Positions 17,220 to 27,368 of a DNA stretch of 38,748 nt are shown one piece after another. How positions within the stretch are numbered: the stretch's first letter is position 1; the number at the start of each line of letters is the position of its first letter. This stretch comes from a virus. Lineage: Duplodnaviria; Heunggongvirae; Uroviricota; Caudoviricetes. The notes below the pieces were generated by a model, which was not told where the DNA came from, made no database searches, and saw only the letters and a list, made by a program, of their open reading frames with translations. The position numbers and the translations under genes are program-made. The stretch lies in the IMG/VR virus record IMGVR_UViG_2534682158_000014, one strand, 5' to 3'.

Positions 17220-18460
17220 TGTTCTTTTCGGGATTATTTCAACGAAAAAGTGACGCACCGGTGACCACGCCAGCAGAGCTGGCGGATGCCATCGGGTTGT
17301 CCTACGACACCTATACCGGAAAGCAGATCAGCAGTCAGCGGGCCATGCGACTGACGGCGGTTTTTTCCTGCGTCAGAGTGCTGGCAGAGTCGGTCGGGAT
17401 GTTGCCCTGCAATCTGTATCACCTGAACGGCAGCCTGAAGCAGAGAGCCACCGGCGAACGTCTGCATAAACTGATCTCCACGCATCCCAATAGCTATATG
17501 ACGCCGCAGGAGTTCTGGGAGCTGGTGGTCACCTGTCTGTGTCTGAGGGGAAATTTTTACGCCTACAAAGTGAAAGCATTTGGCGAAGTGGCTGAACTGC
17601 TGCCCGTCGATCCCGGTTGTGTGGTACCGAAGCTTAACAGTAGCTGGGAGCCGGTCTATCAGGTCACATTCCCGGATGGCTCCACGGATGTACTGAGCCA
17701 GGAGGATATCTGGCATGTGCGCACGCTGACGCTGGACGGACTGGTGGGGCTGAATCCCGTCGCCTATGCCCGCGAGGCAATATCGCTGGCGGCAGCGACC
17801 GAAGAGCACGGGGCCAGACTGTTCAGCAATGGCGCGGTGACGTCGGGTGTGTTGCGTACAGAGCAGACGCTGTCAGATCAGGCTTATGAGCGCCTGAAGA
17901 AAGATTTTGAGGAGCGTCACACCGGGCTTGGCAATGCTCACCGCCCGATGATCCTTGAGATGGGGCTGGACTGGAAGTCGATGGCGCTGAACGCCGAGGA
18001 CAGCCAGTTCCTGGAAACCCGCAAGTTTCAGCTTGAAGAAATCTGTCGTCTGTTCCGGGTGCCGTTGCACATGGTGCAGAACACCGATCGCGCCACCTTC
18101 AACAATATCGAAGAGCTGGGGCTGGGATTTATCAACTATTCACTGGTGCCGTATCTGACCCGCATCGAACAGCGGATCAACACCGGACTGGTACGAAAAA
18201 GTAAGCAGGGCGTTTATTACGCCAAATTTAACGCCGGGGCGTTACTGCGCGGGGATATGAAGTCCCGTTTTGAAGCCTACGCCACCGGGATCAACTGGGG
18301 AATTTACTCTCCCAATGACTGCCGCGACCTGGAAGATATGAATCCGCGTCCCGGTGGGGATGTCTATCTCACACCGATGAACATGACCACGAAACCCTCC
18401 GATGGCAGTAAAGCCGGTAAGCAGAAGGATAACGCCAATGCAGACGAAACAACGTCTTGA
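17219..18460 (+). CDS. Portal protein (HK97 family)
   Basis: Size and sequence flavour. GTG start preceded by 'GGAGG' with 6-nt spacing. Confidence 0.9.
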   Translation: MFFSGLFQRKSDAPVTTPAELADAIGLSYDTYTGKQISSQRAMRLTAVFSCVRVLAESVGMLPCNLYHLNGSLKQRATGERLHKLISTHPNSYMTPQEFWELVVTCLCLRGNFYAYKVKAFGEVAELLPVDPGCVVPKLNSSWEPVYQVTFPDGSTDVLSQEDIWHVRTLTLDGLVGLNPVAYAREAISLAAATEEHGARLFSNGAVTSGVLRTEQTLSDQAYERLKKDFEERHTGLGNAHRPMILEMGLDWKSMALNAEDSQFLETRKFQLEEICRLFRVPLHMVQNTDRATFNNIEELGLGFINYSLVPYLTRIEQRINTGLVRKSKQGVYYAKFNAGALLRGDMKSRFEAYATGINWGIYSPNDCRDLEDMNPRPGGDVYLTPMNMTTKPSDGSKAGKQKDNANADETTS

Positions 18461-19088
18461 TGTACCGCTGAGTCTGAAATCTGTCAGTGACTCCGGTGAG
18501 TTTGAAGGGTATGGCTCCGTCTTTGGTGTAAAGGACAGCCACGATGATGTGGTGATGTCCGGGGCATTTGCTGCTTCCCTGCGGGCGTGGAGTGACAGAA
18601 AAGCGTTACCTGCGCTGCTCTGGCAGCACCGCATGGATGAACCCATCGGTGTTTACACCGAAATGAAGGAAGACGATGTCGGGCTTTACGTCAGGGGACG
18701 GTTGCTTATTGATGATGATCCCCTCGCAAAACGCGCACATGCACACATGAAGGCCGGTTCGTTAACCGGCCTTTCTATTGGGTATGTCCTGAAAGACTGG
18801 GAATACGACCGGAGCAAAGAAGCCTTTCTGCTGAAAGAAATCGACCTCTGGGAAGTCAGCCTGGTGACGTTCCCGTCTAACGACGAGGCGCGGATCAGCG
18901 ACGTCAAGAACGCACTGGCCCGCGGGGAAATCCCCGAACAGAAAAAAATCGAAAGAGTCCTGCGTGATGTCGGACTCTCCCGTACCCAGGCCAAAGCATT
19001 CATGGCCGGGGGCTATGGCGCACTGTCCCTGCGCGACGCTGAGGATGTGGGCTCTGCACTGAATGCACTGAAAAATCTGAACTTCTAA
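18438..19088 (+). CDS. Prohead maturation protease (HK97 type)
   Basis: 'GYGSVFGVKDSHDDVVMSGAF' is typical of HK97-family prohead proteases. Start at the internal ATG preceded by 'AAGGA', overlapping the portal 3' end. Confidence 0.85.
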   Translation: MQTKQRLDVPLSLKSVSDSGEFEGYGSVFGVKDSHDDVVMSGAFAASLRAWSDRKALPALLWQHRMDEPIGVYTEMKEDDVGLYVRGRLLIDDDPLAKRAHAHMKAGSLTGLSIGYVLKDWEYDRSKEAFLLKEIDLWEVSLVTFPSNDEARISDVKNALARGEIPEQKKIERVLRDVGLSRTQAKAFMAGGYGALSLRDAEDVGSALNALKNLNF

Positions 19089-19102
19089 TCAGGAGAAATA
19101 CG

Positions 19103-20308
19103 ATGGCGGTTGATATTAAAGATGTCGAACAGGTCGCGCAGGAGCTGCAGCAGAAGTTTGACGACTTCAAAGCAAAGAACGACAAGCGCGTGGAGGCGAT
19201 TGAGCAGGAAAAAGGCAAACTTGCCGGGCAGGTGGAAACCCTGAACGGGAAACTCAGCGAGCTGGAAAATCTCAAAAGCGACCTTGAAAAAGAGCTGCTT
19301 GAGCTGAAACGTCCGGCAGGTGGTGCGCAAAATAAACTGGCCACCGAGCATAAAGAAGCGTTTGTGGGCTTCCTGCGTAAAGGCCGTGAAGATGGTCTGC
19401 GCGATCTGGAGCGCAAGGCATTACAGGTGGGCACCGATGAAGACGGCGGCTATGCCGTGCCGGAAGCACTGGATCGCAACATTCTTACCCTGCTGAAAGA
19501 TGAAGTGGTGATGCGCCAGGAAGCCACGGTGATCACCGTTGGCGGTTCCGACTACAAAAAACTGGTGAATCTGGGCGGCACGGCTTCCGGATGGGTTGGC
19601 GAGACTGACGCGCGCTCCCAGACTGCCACCTCAAAACTGGGACTGATTGAACCTTTCATGGGGGAAATCTACGGTAACCCGCAGGCTACCCAGAAAATGC
19701 TGGATGATGCCTTTTTCAACGTGGAAGCATGGATCAACAGCGAGCTGGCAACCGAATTTGCCGAACAGGAAGAAATTGCCTTTACCACCGGCGATGGTAC
19801 CAAGAAGCCGAAAGGGTTCCTGGCGTATGAATCCACTGATGAAACCGATAAGGTCCGGGCGTTCGGCAAACTTCAGCATATTGTATCCGGCGAAGCGACG
19901 GCGGTGACCGCAGACGCCATTATCAAACTGATTTACACGCTGCGTAAGGCACACCGCACTGGCGCGAAGTTCATGATGAACAACAACAGCCTGTTTGCCA
20001 TCCGTCTGCTGAAAGACACCGAGGGTAACTATCTGTGGCGTCCGGGGCTGGAACTGGGGCAGCCGTCCTCTCTGGCGGGTTACGGTATCGCTGAAAACGA
20101 ACAGATGCCGGATATCGCCGCTGATGCGAAAGCCATTGCATTTGGTAACTTCAAACGGGGTTACACCATCGTTGACCGTATCGGCACCCGCATTCTGCGT
20201 GACCCGTACACCAATAAACCGTTTGTCGGTTTTTATACCACCAAGCGCACCGGCGGGATGCTGGTCGATTCGCAGGCCATCAAACTGCTGAAGATTGCAG
20301 CGGCGTAA
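19103..20308 (+). CDS. Major capsid protein (HK97 fold), with N-terminal coiled-coil delta/scaffold-like domain
   Basis: 401 aa. The coiled-coil N-terminus 'KLAGQVETLNGKLSELENLKSDLEKELLELK' followed by the capsid domain is the HK97 arrangement. Confidence 0.9.
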   Translation: MAVDIKDVEQVAQELQQKFDDFKAKNDKRVEAIEQEKGKLAGQVETLNGKLSELENLKSDLEKELLELKRPAGGAQNKLATEHKEAFVGFLRKGREDGLRDLERKALQVGTDEDGGYAVPEALDRNILTLLKDEVVMRQEATVITVGGSDYKKLVNLGGTASGWVGETDARSQTATSKLGLIEPFMGEIYGNPQATQKMLDDAFFNVEAWINSELATEFAEQEEIAFTTGDGTKKPKGFLAYESTDETDKVRAFGKLQHIVSGEATAVTADAIIKLIYTLRKAHRTGAKFMMNNNSLFAIRLLKDTEGNYLWRPGLELGQPSSLAGYGIAENEQMPDIAADAKAIAFGNFKRGYTIVDRIGTRILRDPYTNKPFVGFYTTKRTGGMLVDSQAIKLLKIAAA

Positions 20309-20315
20309 TCACTCA

Positions 20316-20335
20316 GGGGCGCGGAACCGCGCCCC
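20316..20335 (+). terminator. GC-rich hairpin after the capsid gene (possible attenuator)
   Basis: 'ggggcgcgg-aa-ccgcgcccc' 9-bp stem, followed by 'tgttctg' (weak U-tract). Confidence 0.4.
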
Positions 20336-20356
20336 TGTTCTGACGGGTGAAGAATC

Positions 20357-20557
20357 ATGATCCTGAAACAAGATCTGAAATGGTCACCGGACGGTATGCG
20401 TGTTGAGGTCATTCGGGCCGGTGAGTATGACGACGGGGCGCTTCCTGCCCGGGTGCAGGAGATTGCACTTCAGGCCGGGTTAGCAGAGCGCGGAATCAGT
20501 ACAAAAAGCAGTAAAGCGGCAAAAGAGAAAAAAGCCACGACCAGTAAAGAGGGCTGA
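20357..20557 (+). CDS. Small hypothetical head-module protein, 66 aa
   Basis: Fills the capsid–connector gap. Lys-rich C-terminus. Confidence 0.45.
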   Translation: MILKQDLKWSPDGMRVEVIRAGEYDDGALPARVQEIALQAGLAERGISTKSSKAAKEKKATTSKEG

Positions 20558-20559
20558 GT

Positions 20560-20883
20560 ATGCTTCTGACAATGGAAGAGATTAAAGCCCAACTCCGGCT
20601 GGATGAGGATTTCGATGCTGATGACCGCCATCTGCAACTGCTGGCCTGTGCGGCGCAAAAGCGGACGGAAACGTATCTGAACCGGAAGCTCTATGCACCG
20701 GATGAAACCATTCCGGACAGCGATCCGGACGGGCTGCACCTGCCGGATGATATTCGTCTGGGGATGCTGATGCTTATCAGCCATTTTTACGAAAACCGCT
20801 CGTCGGTTACGGAAGTGGAGAAACTCGACATGCCGCAGAGTTTTGGCTGGCTTGTCGGCCCGTACAGGTACTTTCCGCAATGA
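20560..20883 (+). CDS. Head-tail connector / adaptor (gp6-like)
   Basis: Size, position and 'MEEIKAQLRLDED' type N-terminus common in head-tail adaptor proteins. Confidence 0.65.
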   Translation: MLLTMEEIKAQLRLDEDFDADDRHLQLLACAAQKRTETYLNRKLYAPDETIPDSDPDGLHLPDDIRLGMLMLISHFYENRSSVTEVEKLDMPQSFGWLVGPYRYFPQ

Positions 20884-21290
20884 AAATTCGTCAGGCGCAG
20901 ACCAGCGCAACCTACATTCTGCCGGACCCCGGTGAACTGAATAAACGCGTCCTGATCCGCCAGCGGGTGGATATGCCCGCGGATAACTTTGGCGTGGAGC
21001 ATCAATACCCGGTTACGTTCCGGACATGGGCGAAGGTTATCCAGACCAGTGCCACCACCTGGCAGGAAACCGCGCAGACTGGAGACGCCATCACCCATTA
21101 CATCACCATTCGCTACCGCCGGGGGATCACCGCTGATTATGAGGTGGTCTGCGGTGACAGTGTGTACCGGGTGAAACGTCAGCGCGATCTGAACGGGGCG
21201 CGGCGCTTTCTGCTGCTGGAGTGTACGGAACTGGGCGAATGTACGCAGAGTCACGGAGGCAGCAATGGCGACTCCCTTTTTTCACGTTGA
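20880..21290 (+). CDS. Head-closure / head-tail joining protein
   Basis: Position after the adaptor; overlapping stop/start. Confidence 0.55.
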   Translation: MKIRQAQTSATYILPDPGELNKRVLIRQRVDMPADNFGVEHQYPVTFRTWAKVIQTSATTWQETAQTGDAITHYITIRYRRGITADYEVVCGDSVYRVKRQRDLNGARRFLLLECTELGECTQSHGGSNGDSLFSR

Positions 21291-21771
21291 TGTTCAGCAG
21301 CCCGCGGAGATGCGCTTTAACCGCGCCCGTGTCCGGCGGGCGTTTGTCACGATTGGGCAGCGTCATATGCGTGATGCCCGTCGGCTGGTGATGCGCCGTG
21401 CGCGGTCGGCACCGGGTGAAAATCCCGGTTATCAGACCGGACGTCTGGCTCGTTCGATTGGTTACATGGTGCCGAGAGCCAGTAAAAAGCGAGCCGGTTT
21501 TATGACACGCATTGCCCCTAACCAGCGCAACGGGAAGGGGAACCGGATGATCTCTGGTGACTTCTATCCGGCGTTTCTGTTTTTTGGTGTCCGGGGAGGA
21601 GCAAAACGTCGTCGTAGCCATCATCGTGGTGCATCCGGTGGCAGCGGCTGGCGGCTGGCTCCACGTAATAACTTTATGGTGGAAACGCTTGAAAAGAACC
21701 GCAGCTGGACACGCTATTTTCTGGCGCGGGAATTGCGTAAATCACTGAAGCCGGAGCGACGACACAGATGA
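21265..21771 (+). CDS. Neck / tail-completion protein (HK97 gp10-like)
   Basis: Position and size in the head-to-tail joining block. Confidence 0.55.
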   Translation: MATPFFHVDVQQPAEMRFNRARVRRAFVTIGQRHMRDARRLVMRRARSAPGENPGYQTGRLARSIGYMVPRASKKRAGFMTRIAPNQRNGKGNRMISGDFYPAFLFFGVRGGAKRRRSHHRGASGGSGWRLAPRNNFMVETLEKNRSWTRYFLARELRKSLKPERRHR

Positions 21772-22328
21772 AACTGACGCCTGTTATTGCTGCGCTGCGT
21801 GCCCGCTGCCCGTATTTTGAAAACCGGGTGGCAGGCGCGGCACAGTTCAAAAATCTGCCGGAGGTCGGAAAGCTGAGACTCCCGGCGGCGTATGTGGTAC
21901 CGGGTGATGACTCTCCGGGAGAAAACAAAAGCCAGACCGACTACTGGCAGGAGCTGAAAGAGGGCTTCTCCGTGGTTGTCATACTGAGTAACGGGCGTGA
22001 TGAGCGCGGTCAGTTTGCCTCGTATGATGTGGTGGACGATGTCCGGCAGATGCTCTTTAAGGCTCTGCTGGGCTGGAACCCGGAAGCGTGCGGTAACCCG
22101 ATTACCTATGACGGCGGCACGCTGCTGGATCTGAATCGTCATGAGCTGATTTATCAGTTCGATTTTTCGGTCATCAGCGAGCTGACCGAAGACGATACCC
22201 GCCAGCAGGATGACCTGAACAGTCTGGATGAACTGCGAACGCTGGCGATTGATGTTGATTATCTCGATCCCGGTAACGGGCCTGACGGCGATATCGAACA
22301 TCACACCGAAATAACCCTTCCTTCCTGA
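21768..22328 (+). CDS. Tail-terminator / tail-completion protein (Mu-like tail module)
   Basis: Position immediately upstream of the sheath gene. Confidence 0.55.
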   Translation: MKLTPVIAALRARCPYFENRVAGAAQFKNLPEVGKLRLPAAYVVPGDDSPGENKSQTDYWQELKEGFSVVVILSNGRDERGQFASYDVVDDVRQMLFKALLGWNPEACGNPITYDGGTLLDLNRHELIYQFDFSVISELTEDDTRQQDDLNSLDELRTLAIDVDYLDPGNGPDGDIEHHTEITLPS

Positions 22329-22336
22329 GGATCCTC

Positions 22337-22507
22337 ATGTTTGTGAAACCTGTTAAAGGGCGGTCAGTGCCTGACCCTGCCCGCGGCGACCTTTTGCCCG
22401 CCGAAGGGCGAAATGTTGACGAGAACAACTACTGGCTGCGCCGTGAAGCAGCGGGTGATATCCGGCGCGTGAATAAAAAGGTGAATACCGATGACGATAA
22501 GCTTTAA
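22337..22507 (+). CDS. Small protein, 56 aa, upstream of the sheath gene (absent from the ORF track because it is under 60 aa)
   Basis: 'MFVKPVKGRSVPDPARGDLLPAEGRNVDENNYWLRREAAGDIRRVNKKVNTDDDKL'. 'GAGG' Shine-Dalgarno 6 nt upstream. Overlaps the sheath start. Confidence 0.45.
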   Translation: MFVKPVKGRSVPDPARGDLLPAEGRNVDENNYWLRREAAGDIRRVNKKVNTDDDKL

Positions 22508-23987
22508 CACCATTCCGTCGAATACGCTGGTTCCGTTGTTTTATGCGGAAATGGATAACCAGGCGGCGAATACTGCACAGGACAGCGGAGCATCGTTGCT
22601 GATTGGTCACGCCAATAACGGTGCAGAGATTGTTGCCAACAGTCTGGTGCTGATGCCGTCGGCAGACTATGCACGCCAGATTTGTGGTGCGGGAAGTCAG
22701 CTGGCGCGTATGGTCGAGGCTTATCGCCAGACCGACCCGTTTGGCGAGCTGTATGTGATTGCCGTTCCGGAAGCCACAGGCGCGGCGGCAACGGTTACTC
22801 TGACGGTGACCGGGGCGGCAACCGAAACCGGCACGGTGAATGTGTATGTGGGACGTACCCGCGTGCAGGCACCGGTGACCAACGGCGATAACGTCGCGAC
22901 CATTGCCAGCAGTATCCAGGATGCTATCAATGCCGTTCCGGCCCTGCCGTTTACGGCCTCATTTTCGGCTGGCGTGGTCACACTGACCGCGCGTCATAAG
23001 GGACTTTGCGGGAATGAAATTCCTGTCAGCCTCAATTACTACGGCTTTGGTGGGGGCGAAGTGCTGCCAGCGGGTGTACAGATTGCTGTGGCGACGGGTA
23101 CCGCCGGAACGGGCGCTCCTGTTCTCACCGGTGCGGTGGCTGCAATGGCGGATGAGCCGTTTGATTATATCGGTCTGCCGTTCAACGACACGGCCTCCGT
23201 TAACACGCTGGTGACCGAGATGAACGATACCAGCGGTCGCTGGAGCTATGCGCGTCAGCTGTATGGTCATGTGTATACGGCAAAGACCGGTACGCTGTCA
23301 GAACTGGTGACCGCAGGTGACCAGTTTAACCAGCAGCACATTACCCTGGCGGGGTACGAAAAAGAAACCCAGACACCTGCCGACGAGCTGGCGGCAAGCC
23401 GTACCGCCCGCGCAGCGGTGTTTATCCGCAACGATCCGGCACGTCCCACGCAGACCGGTGAGCTGGTGGGTATGCTGCCTGCGCCGAAGGGGAAACGGTT
23501 CACGATGACCGAGCAGCAGACCCTGCTGTCTCATGGCGTGGCAACGGCGTATGTCGAAAGCGGGGTACTGCGCATTCAGCGTGATGTCACCACGTACAGG
23601 AAAAATGCTTACGGGGTTGCGGATAACAGCTACCTCGACAGCGAGACGCTGCATACCAGCGCGTATGTGCTGCGCAAACTGAAATCCGTCATTACCAGTA
23701 AGTACGGGCGTCACAAGCTTGCCAGTGACGGTACCCGCTTTGGTCCCGGTCAGGCGATTGTCACCCCGGCGGTGATCAAAGGGGAACTGCTGGCAACCTA
23801 CCGTCAGCTTGAGCGTGCGGGGATCGTGGAAAACTACGAACTGTTTAAGCAGTACCTGGTTGTGGAGCGTGATGCCAGCGATCCGAACCGCCTGAACACG
23901 CTGTTCCCGCCTGACTATGTTAACCAGTTGCGTGTCTTTGCCGTGGTTAACCAGTTCCGTCTTCAGTATTCAGAGGAGTCCGCATAA
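22491..23987 (+). CDS. Contractile tail sheath protein
   Basis: 498 aa, directly followed by the tube gene (Mu-type tail order). Confidence 0.85.
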   Translation: MTISFNTIPSNTLVPLFYAEMDNQAANTAQDSGASLLIGHANNGAEIVANSLVLMPSADYARQICGAGSQLARMVEAYRQTDPFGELYVIAVPEATGAAATVTLTVTGAATETGTVNVYVGRTRVQAPVTNGDNVATIASSIQDAINAVPALPFTASFSAGVVTLTARHKGLCGNEIPVSLNYYGFGGGEVLPAGVQIAVATGTAGTGAPVLTGAVAAMADEPFDYIGLPFNDTASVNTLVTEMNDTSGRWSYARQLYGHVYTAKTGTLSELVTAGDQFNQQHITLAGYEKETQTPADELAASRTARAAVFIRNDPARPTQTGELVGMLPAPKGKRFTMTEQQTLLSHGVATAYVESGVLRIQRDVTTYRKNAYGVADNSYLDSETLHTSAYVLRKLKSVITSKYGRHKLASDGTRFGPGQAIVTPAVIKGELLATYRQLERAGIVENYELFKQYLVVERDASDPNRLNTLFPPDYVNQLRVFAVVNQFRLQYSEESA

Positions 23988-24343
23988 TGGCCCGTATCGG
24001 GGGAACCTGTTATTTCAAAATTGACGGTCAGCAGCTATCGCTGACCGGCGGCATTGAGGTGCCCATGAACAGGACGGTCAATGATGACATCATCGGCCTG
24101 GACGGTTCAGTGGACCGCAAGGAAACTCACCGTGCGCCTTATGTCAAAGGGACCTTCAAGGTGCCGAAGAATTTTCCGGTGAGCAAAATCACCTCGTCTG
24201 ATGAGATGACCATCACTGCCGAGCTGGCGAACGGTCAGGTCTATGTACTGTCGTCTGCCTGGCTGCACGGCGAAGCGAACCATAATGCCGAAGAAGGCAC
24301 GGTCGATCTTGAGTTCCACGGTGAAGAAGGGGATTACCAGTAA
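23987..24343 (+). CDS. Tail tube protein
   Basis: 118 aa, directly after the sheath gene. Confidence 0.8.
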   Translation: MARIGGTCYFKIDGQQLSLTGGIEVPMNRTVNDDIIGLDGSVDRKETHRAPYVKGTFKVPKNFPVSKITSSDEMTITAELANGQVYVLSSAWLHGEANHNAEEGTVDLEFHGEEGDYQ

Positions 24344-24612
24344 TGAAAGAGCTTGAGTTAAAGAAACCGATTACCGCTCATGGCGAGACACTCTCCGTAC
24401 TGGAGTTTGATGAGCCCACCGGGAAAGATGTCCGCGAGCTGGGGTATCCCTACCAGATGAATCAGGATGAGTCCGTCAGACTTCTGGCGCATGTGGTGTC
24501 GAAATACATTGTGCGGCTGGCGAAAGTGCCGCAAAGCTCTGTCGACCAGATGTCTCCGGCAGACCTGAATGCAGCGGCGTGGCTTGTGGCTGGTTTTTTC
24601 CTCCAGGCCTGA
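24343..24612 (+). CDS. Tail assembly chaperone; -1 frameshift at 24594-24600 would extend the product to 24761
   Basis: Slippery heptamer 't ttt ttc' in frame near the 3' end. The -1 frame stays open to 24761, overlapping the tape-measure start. Confidence 0.7.
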   Translation: MKELELKKPITAHGETLSVLEFDEPTGKDVRELGYPYQMNQDESVRLLAHVVSKYIVRLAKVPQSSVDQMSPADLNAAAWLVAGFFLQA

Positions 24613-24753
24613 CGGCTGAATACCTCACTGATCGCTTCTTTGACTGCGCCAGCTACTGGCGCATTAATCCCTTCGAATTGCTGAATATGCCGATCAGTGA
24701 AATTCCCTTGCTGGTCAGTCAGGCAAACAGGATAGAGCAGGAGAAACGCACAC

Positions 24754-26595
24754 ATGGCTGAATTTGAGCTTAAGGCGTTGATCACCGGTGTCGACAGGCT
24801 TTCTCCCGCGCTGTCGAAAATGCAAAAGAAAATCCGGGGATTTAAACGCCAGGCGGAAGAAGCGTCACAGGGTGGGCTGGCGCTTGGTGGCGGACTGGCT
24901 GCGGGTCTGACGCTTTCCCTGAAATCTTATGCCGATCAGGAAAACGCCGCCACCGGGCTGAAAGTCGCCATGATGGATGCGAACGGCGAGGTTGGAAAGA
25001 GCTTTCAGGACATCAATAAACTGGCTATTGGTCTGGGTAACCAGCTACCCGGTACAACGGCTGATTTCCAGAACATGATGCAGATGCTGGTGCGTCAGGG
25101 GATCCCGGCAGAAAACATTCTGGGTGGTGTGGGTAAAGCGACAGCTTATCTTGCGGTACAACTGAAAAAAACACCGGAAGCGGCTGCTGAGTTTGCTGCA
25201 AAGATGCAGGATGCTACCGGAACGGCGTCAGAAGACATGATGGGGCTGTTCGACACTATCCAGAAGGCGTTTTATCTGGGCGTTGACGATACCAACATGT
25301 TGTCCTTCTTCACTAAAACCAGTTCTGTTCTGAAGATGGTGAACAAGGACGGTCTTCAGGCTGCACAGAGCCTTGCCCCCATCAGCGTCATGATGGATCA
25401 GATGGGGATGAACGGGGAGTCGGCAGGTAATGCCCTGCGAAAAGTTATCCAGTCCGGATTAAGCGTTAAGAAAATCAGGGACGTCAATAAAGTCATGGCC
25501 CGCCAGAAACTCGGGGTACAGCTCGATTTTACTGACGGCAAAGGAAGTTTTGGCGGTCTTGATAACATGTTCAGGCAACTGGCAAAGCTGCGAAAACTGA
25601 CCGACGTTAAGCGAACAGGTGTACTTAAGGCAATATTTGGTGATGATGCCGAAACCCTTCAGGTGGTCAATGCACTAATCGATAAAGGAAAGGATGGCTA
25701 CGATCAGATCCAGCAGAAGATGAATAAACAGGCCAGCCTGAATAAACGTGTTCAGGCCCAGCTTGGTACGCTGTCCAACCTGTGGGAGGCAATGACGGGG
25801 ACCGCAACTAACGGCCTTGCGGCTATTGGCGGCGCATTTTCTGGTGACGCCAAAAATATCACGCAATGGCTGGGGGAGTTAGGGGAAAAATTCACGAAGT
25901 TTGCGGATGAAAATCCCCGGGTTATTCGCGGCGTCGTCGGGCTTGCTGCCGGTCTTGCGATTCTGAAACTGGGATTGATGGGCGTTGGCGGGGCCATCAG
26001 TATTGTCAGCAGGATCATGTCGATGACGCCGATTGGAATGATTGCGACGGCGATAGCCCTGGCTGCGGGATTAATTATCACTAACTGGGATGTTGTCGGA
26101 CCTTATTTCAAGAAGCTCTGGGAAACCATTGGTCCTTATTTTGAGGCTGGCTGGGAACTTCTGAAGAAGGTTTTTGCCTGGTCGCCGCTGGGGATGGTAA
26201 TCAATAACTGGGGACCGGTTGTTAAGTGGTTTCAGGATATGTGGGACAAGCTGAAGCCAATTATTGAGTGGTTTACCGACAGTTCCGGTGACACGGTCGA
26301 TGCCATTAACTCTGCGCAGTGGGGCGCGGGTGCTTATGATGCTTATGGGACGGGATTCCCGGCGCGGGGATACACACCTTATCCGGCGATGGATCCGGCT
26401 CAGGCAAACAACGCCTCCGATGCCACAGGCCCGAATCCCTTCATGATTAACAAAGCTTCTGCGCCAAAAGTTGACGGTGAGATCAAGGTCTCTTTTGTGA
26501 ATTCGCCTCCGGGTATGCGGGTTATGGAAACGCGATCCAGCGGTATCGACGTGAATCACGACGTTGGCTACACCCGATTTGGTATGGGGGGCTGA
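24754..26595 (+). CDS. Tail tape-measure protein
   Basis: 613 aa, Ala/Gly-rich helical protein with hydrophobic segments, downstream of the chaperone pair. Confidence 0.85.
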   Translation: MAEFELKALITGVDRLSPALSKMQKKIRGFKRQAEEASQGGLALGGGLAAGLTLSLKSYADQENAATGLKVAMMDANGEVGKSFQDINKLAIGLGNQLPGTTADFQNMMQMLVRQGIPAENILGGVGKATAYLAVQLKKTPEAAAEFAAKMQDATGTASEDMMGLFDTIQKAFYLGVDDTNMLSFFTKTSSVLKMVNKDGLQAAQSLAPISVMMDQMGMNGESAGNALRKVIQSGLSVKKIRDVNKVMARQKLGVQLDFTDGKGSFGGLDNMFRQLAKLRKLTDVKRTGVLKAIFGDDAETLQVVNALIDKGKDGYDQIQQKMNKQASLNKRVQAQLGTLSNLWEAMTGTATNGLAAIGGAFSGDAKNITQWLGELGEKFTKFADENPRVIRGVVGLAAGLAILKLGLMGVGGAISIVSRIMSMTPIGMIATAIALAAGLIITNWDVVGPYFKKLWETIGPYFEAGWELLKKVFAWSPLGMVINNWGPVVKWFQDMWDKLKPIIEWFTDSSGDTVDAINSAQWGAGAYDAYGTGFPARGYTPYPAMDPAQANNASDATGPNPFMINKASAPKVDGEIKVSFVNSPPGMRVMETRSSGIDVNHDVGYTRFGMGG

Positions 26596-26676
26596 TACCC
26601 CGCTTAAACACGGGTTTTGTCGTTTAGCAGGTTCTTGGTAGGATTAGTCCGATACTTTAATGATGGGAATAGGGAT

Positions 26677-27354
26677 ATGAAAGTCTTAACAATTTATTCA
26701 GTTGTCGGCATGGCTCTTTTACTCGGGGGATGTACCTCTCCGAAGTACAATTATTTACCAAAAACAGAAAATTATAGTGAACCTCCTGTAGGAAGCATTA
26801 ATACAGCTTATGTCGGTGATTCAATGATTAAGCAGGGGGTGTCACAGAGGTTTGAAGGTCTGAAGGTTAATGCTCCTGCGAGAATTTCCTGGGCGTATAC
26901 GATCACTCCGGGGATGCTGAAAAAGGTTGGTGAGGATAACAAGGCTGATTATTACTTTCTCACAAACGGTGCTGATTCAGCCAATGTGGAAAAGGCAGTC
27001 CTTGCCGATATGTGGCAGGGCATCATGGTAGAAAAGAAAAAGAATGCCTTATGTGTAATAACAGTTTTCGGTGTTACCAACTGTGAAACTAACATGCCTA
27101 TCGAAAAGGTTACTCTGAATATCAGTGGTGATTCATCTTTCCAGCAAGCTCTGCTTTACAACGGAAGGGTCGGAAACAAAATCAACATTGGATATCGTGA
27201 ATTTTCATCGAATACAGCACGCCCGGCCTTCAACAACGATGTTGAGTATGATCTCGCGGAGTCTAAAACAATTGGCTATAAAGGGGCTAAATTCGAAGTA
27301 CTTGATGCGAGTAACCAAAGCATAAGGTATCGGGTAATAAGTAACTTTAGATAA
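26677..27354 (+). CDS. Lipoprotein, 225 aa, AT-rich insertion inside the tail module
   Basis: Signal peptide plus lipobox 'MKVLTIYSVVGMALLLGGCTSP'. Own Shine-Dalgarno and own terminator. Confidence 0.7.
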   Translation: MKVLTIYSVVGMALLLGGCTSPKYNYLPKTENYSEPPVGSINTAYVGDSMIKQGVSQRFEGLKVNAPARISWAYTITPGMLKKVGEDNKADYYFLTNGADSANVEKAVLADMWQGIMVEKKKNALCVITVFGVTNCETNMPIEKVTLNISGDSSFQQALLYNGRVGNKINIGYREFSSNTARPAFNNDVEYDLAESKTIGYKGAKFEVLDASNQSIRYRVISNFR

Positions 27355-27368
27355 GCGATAATTTAATG

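Noticed and set aside
15061-23714. Numerous minus-strand track ORFs inside the terminase, portal, capsid, sheath and tape-measure genes (e.g. 15061..15501, 17234..17809, 19000..19434, 21714..22304, 23298..23714, 26071..26559)
   Set aside because: They are antisense to long, well-supported structural genes in GC-rich DNA where antisense frames are often open. No start context or protein-like composition.
24579-24761. Track ORF 24579..24761 as an independent gene
   Set aside because: It is in the -1 frame relative to the tail chaperone, lacks its own ribosome-binding site and begins upstream of the slippery site. It is interpreted as the frameshift extension.
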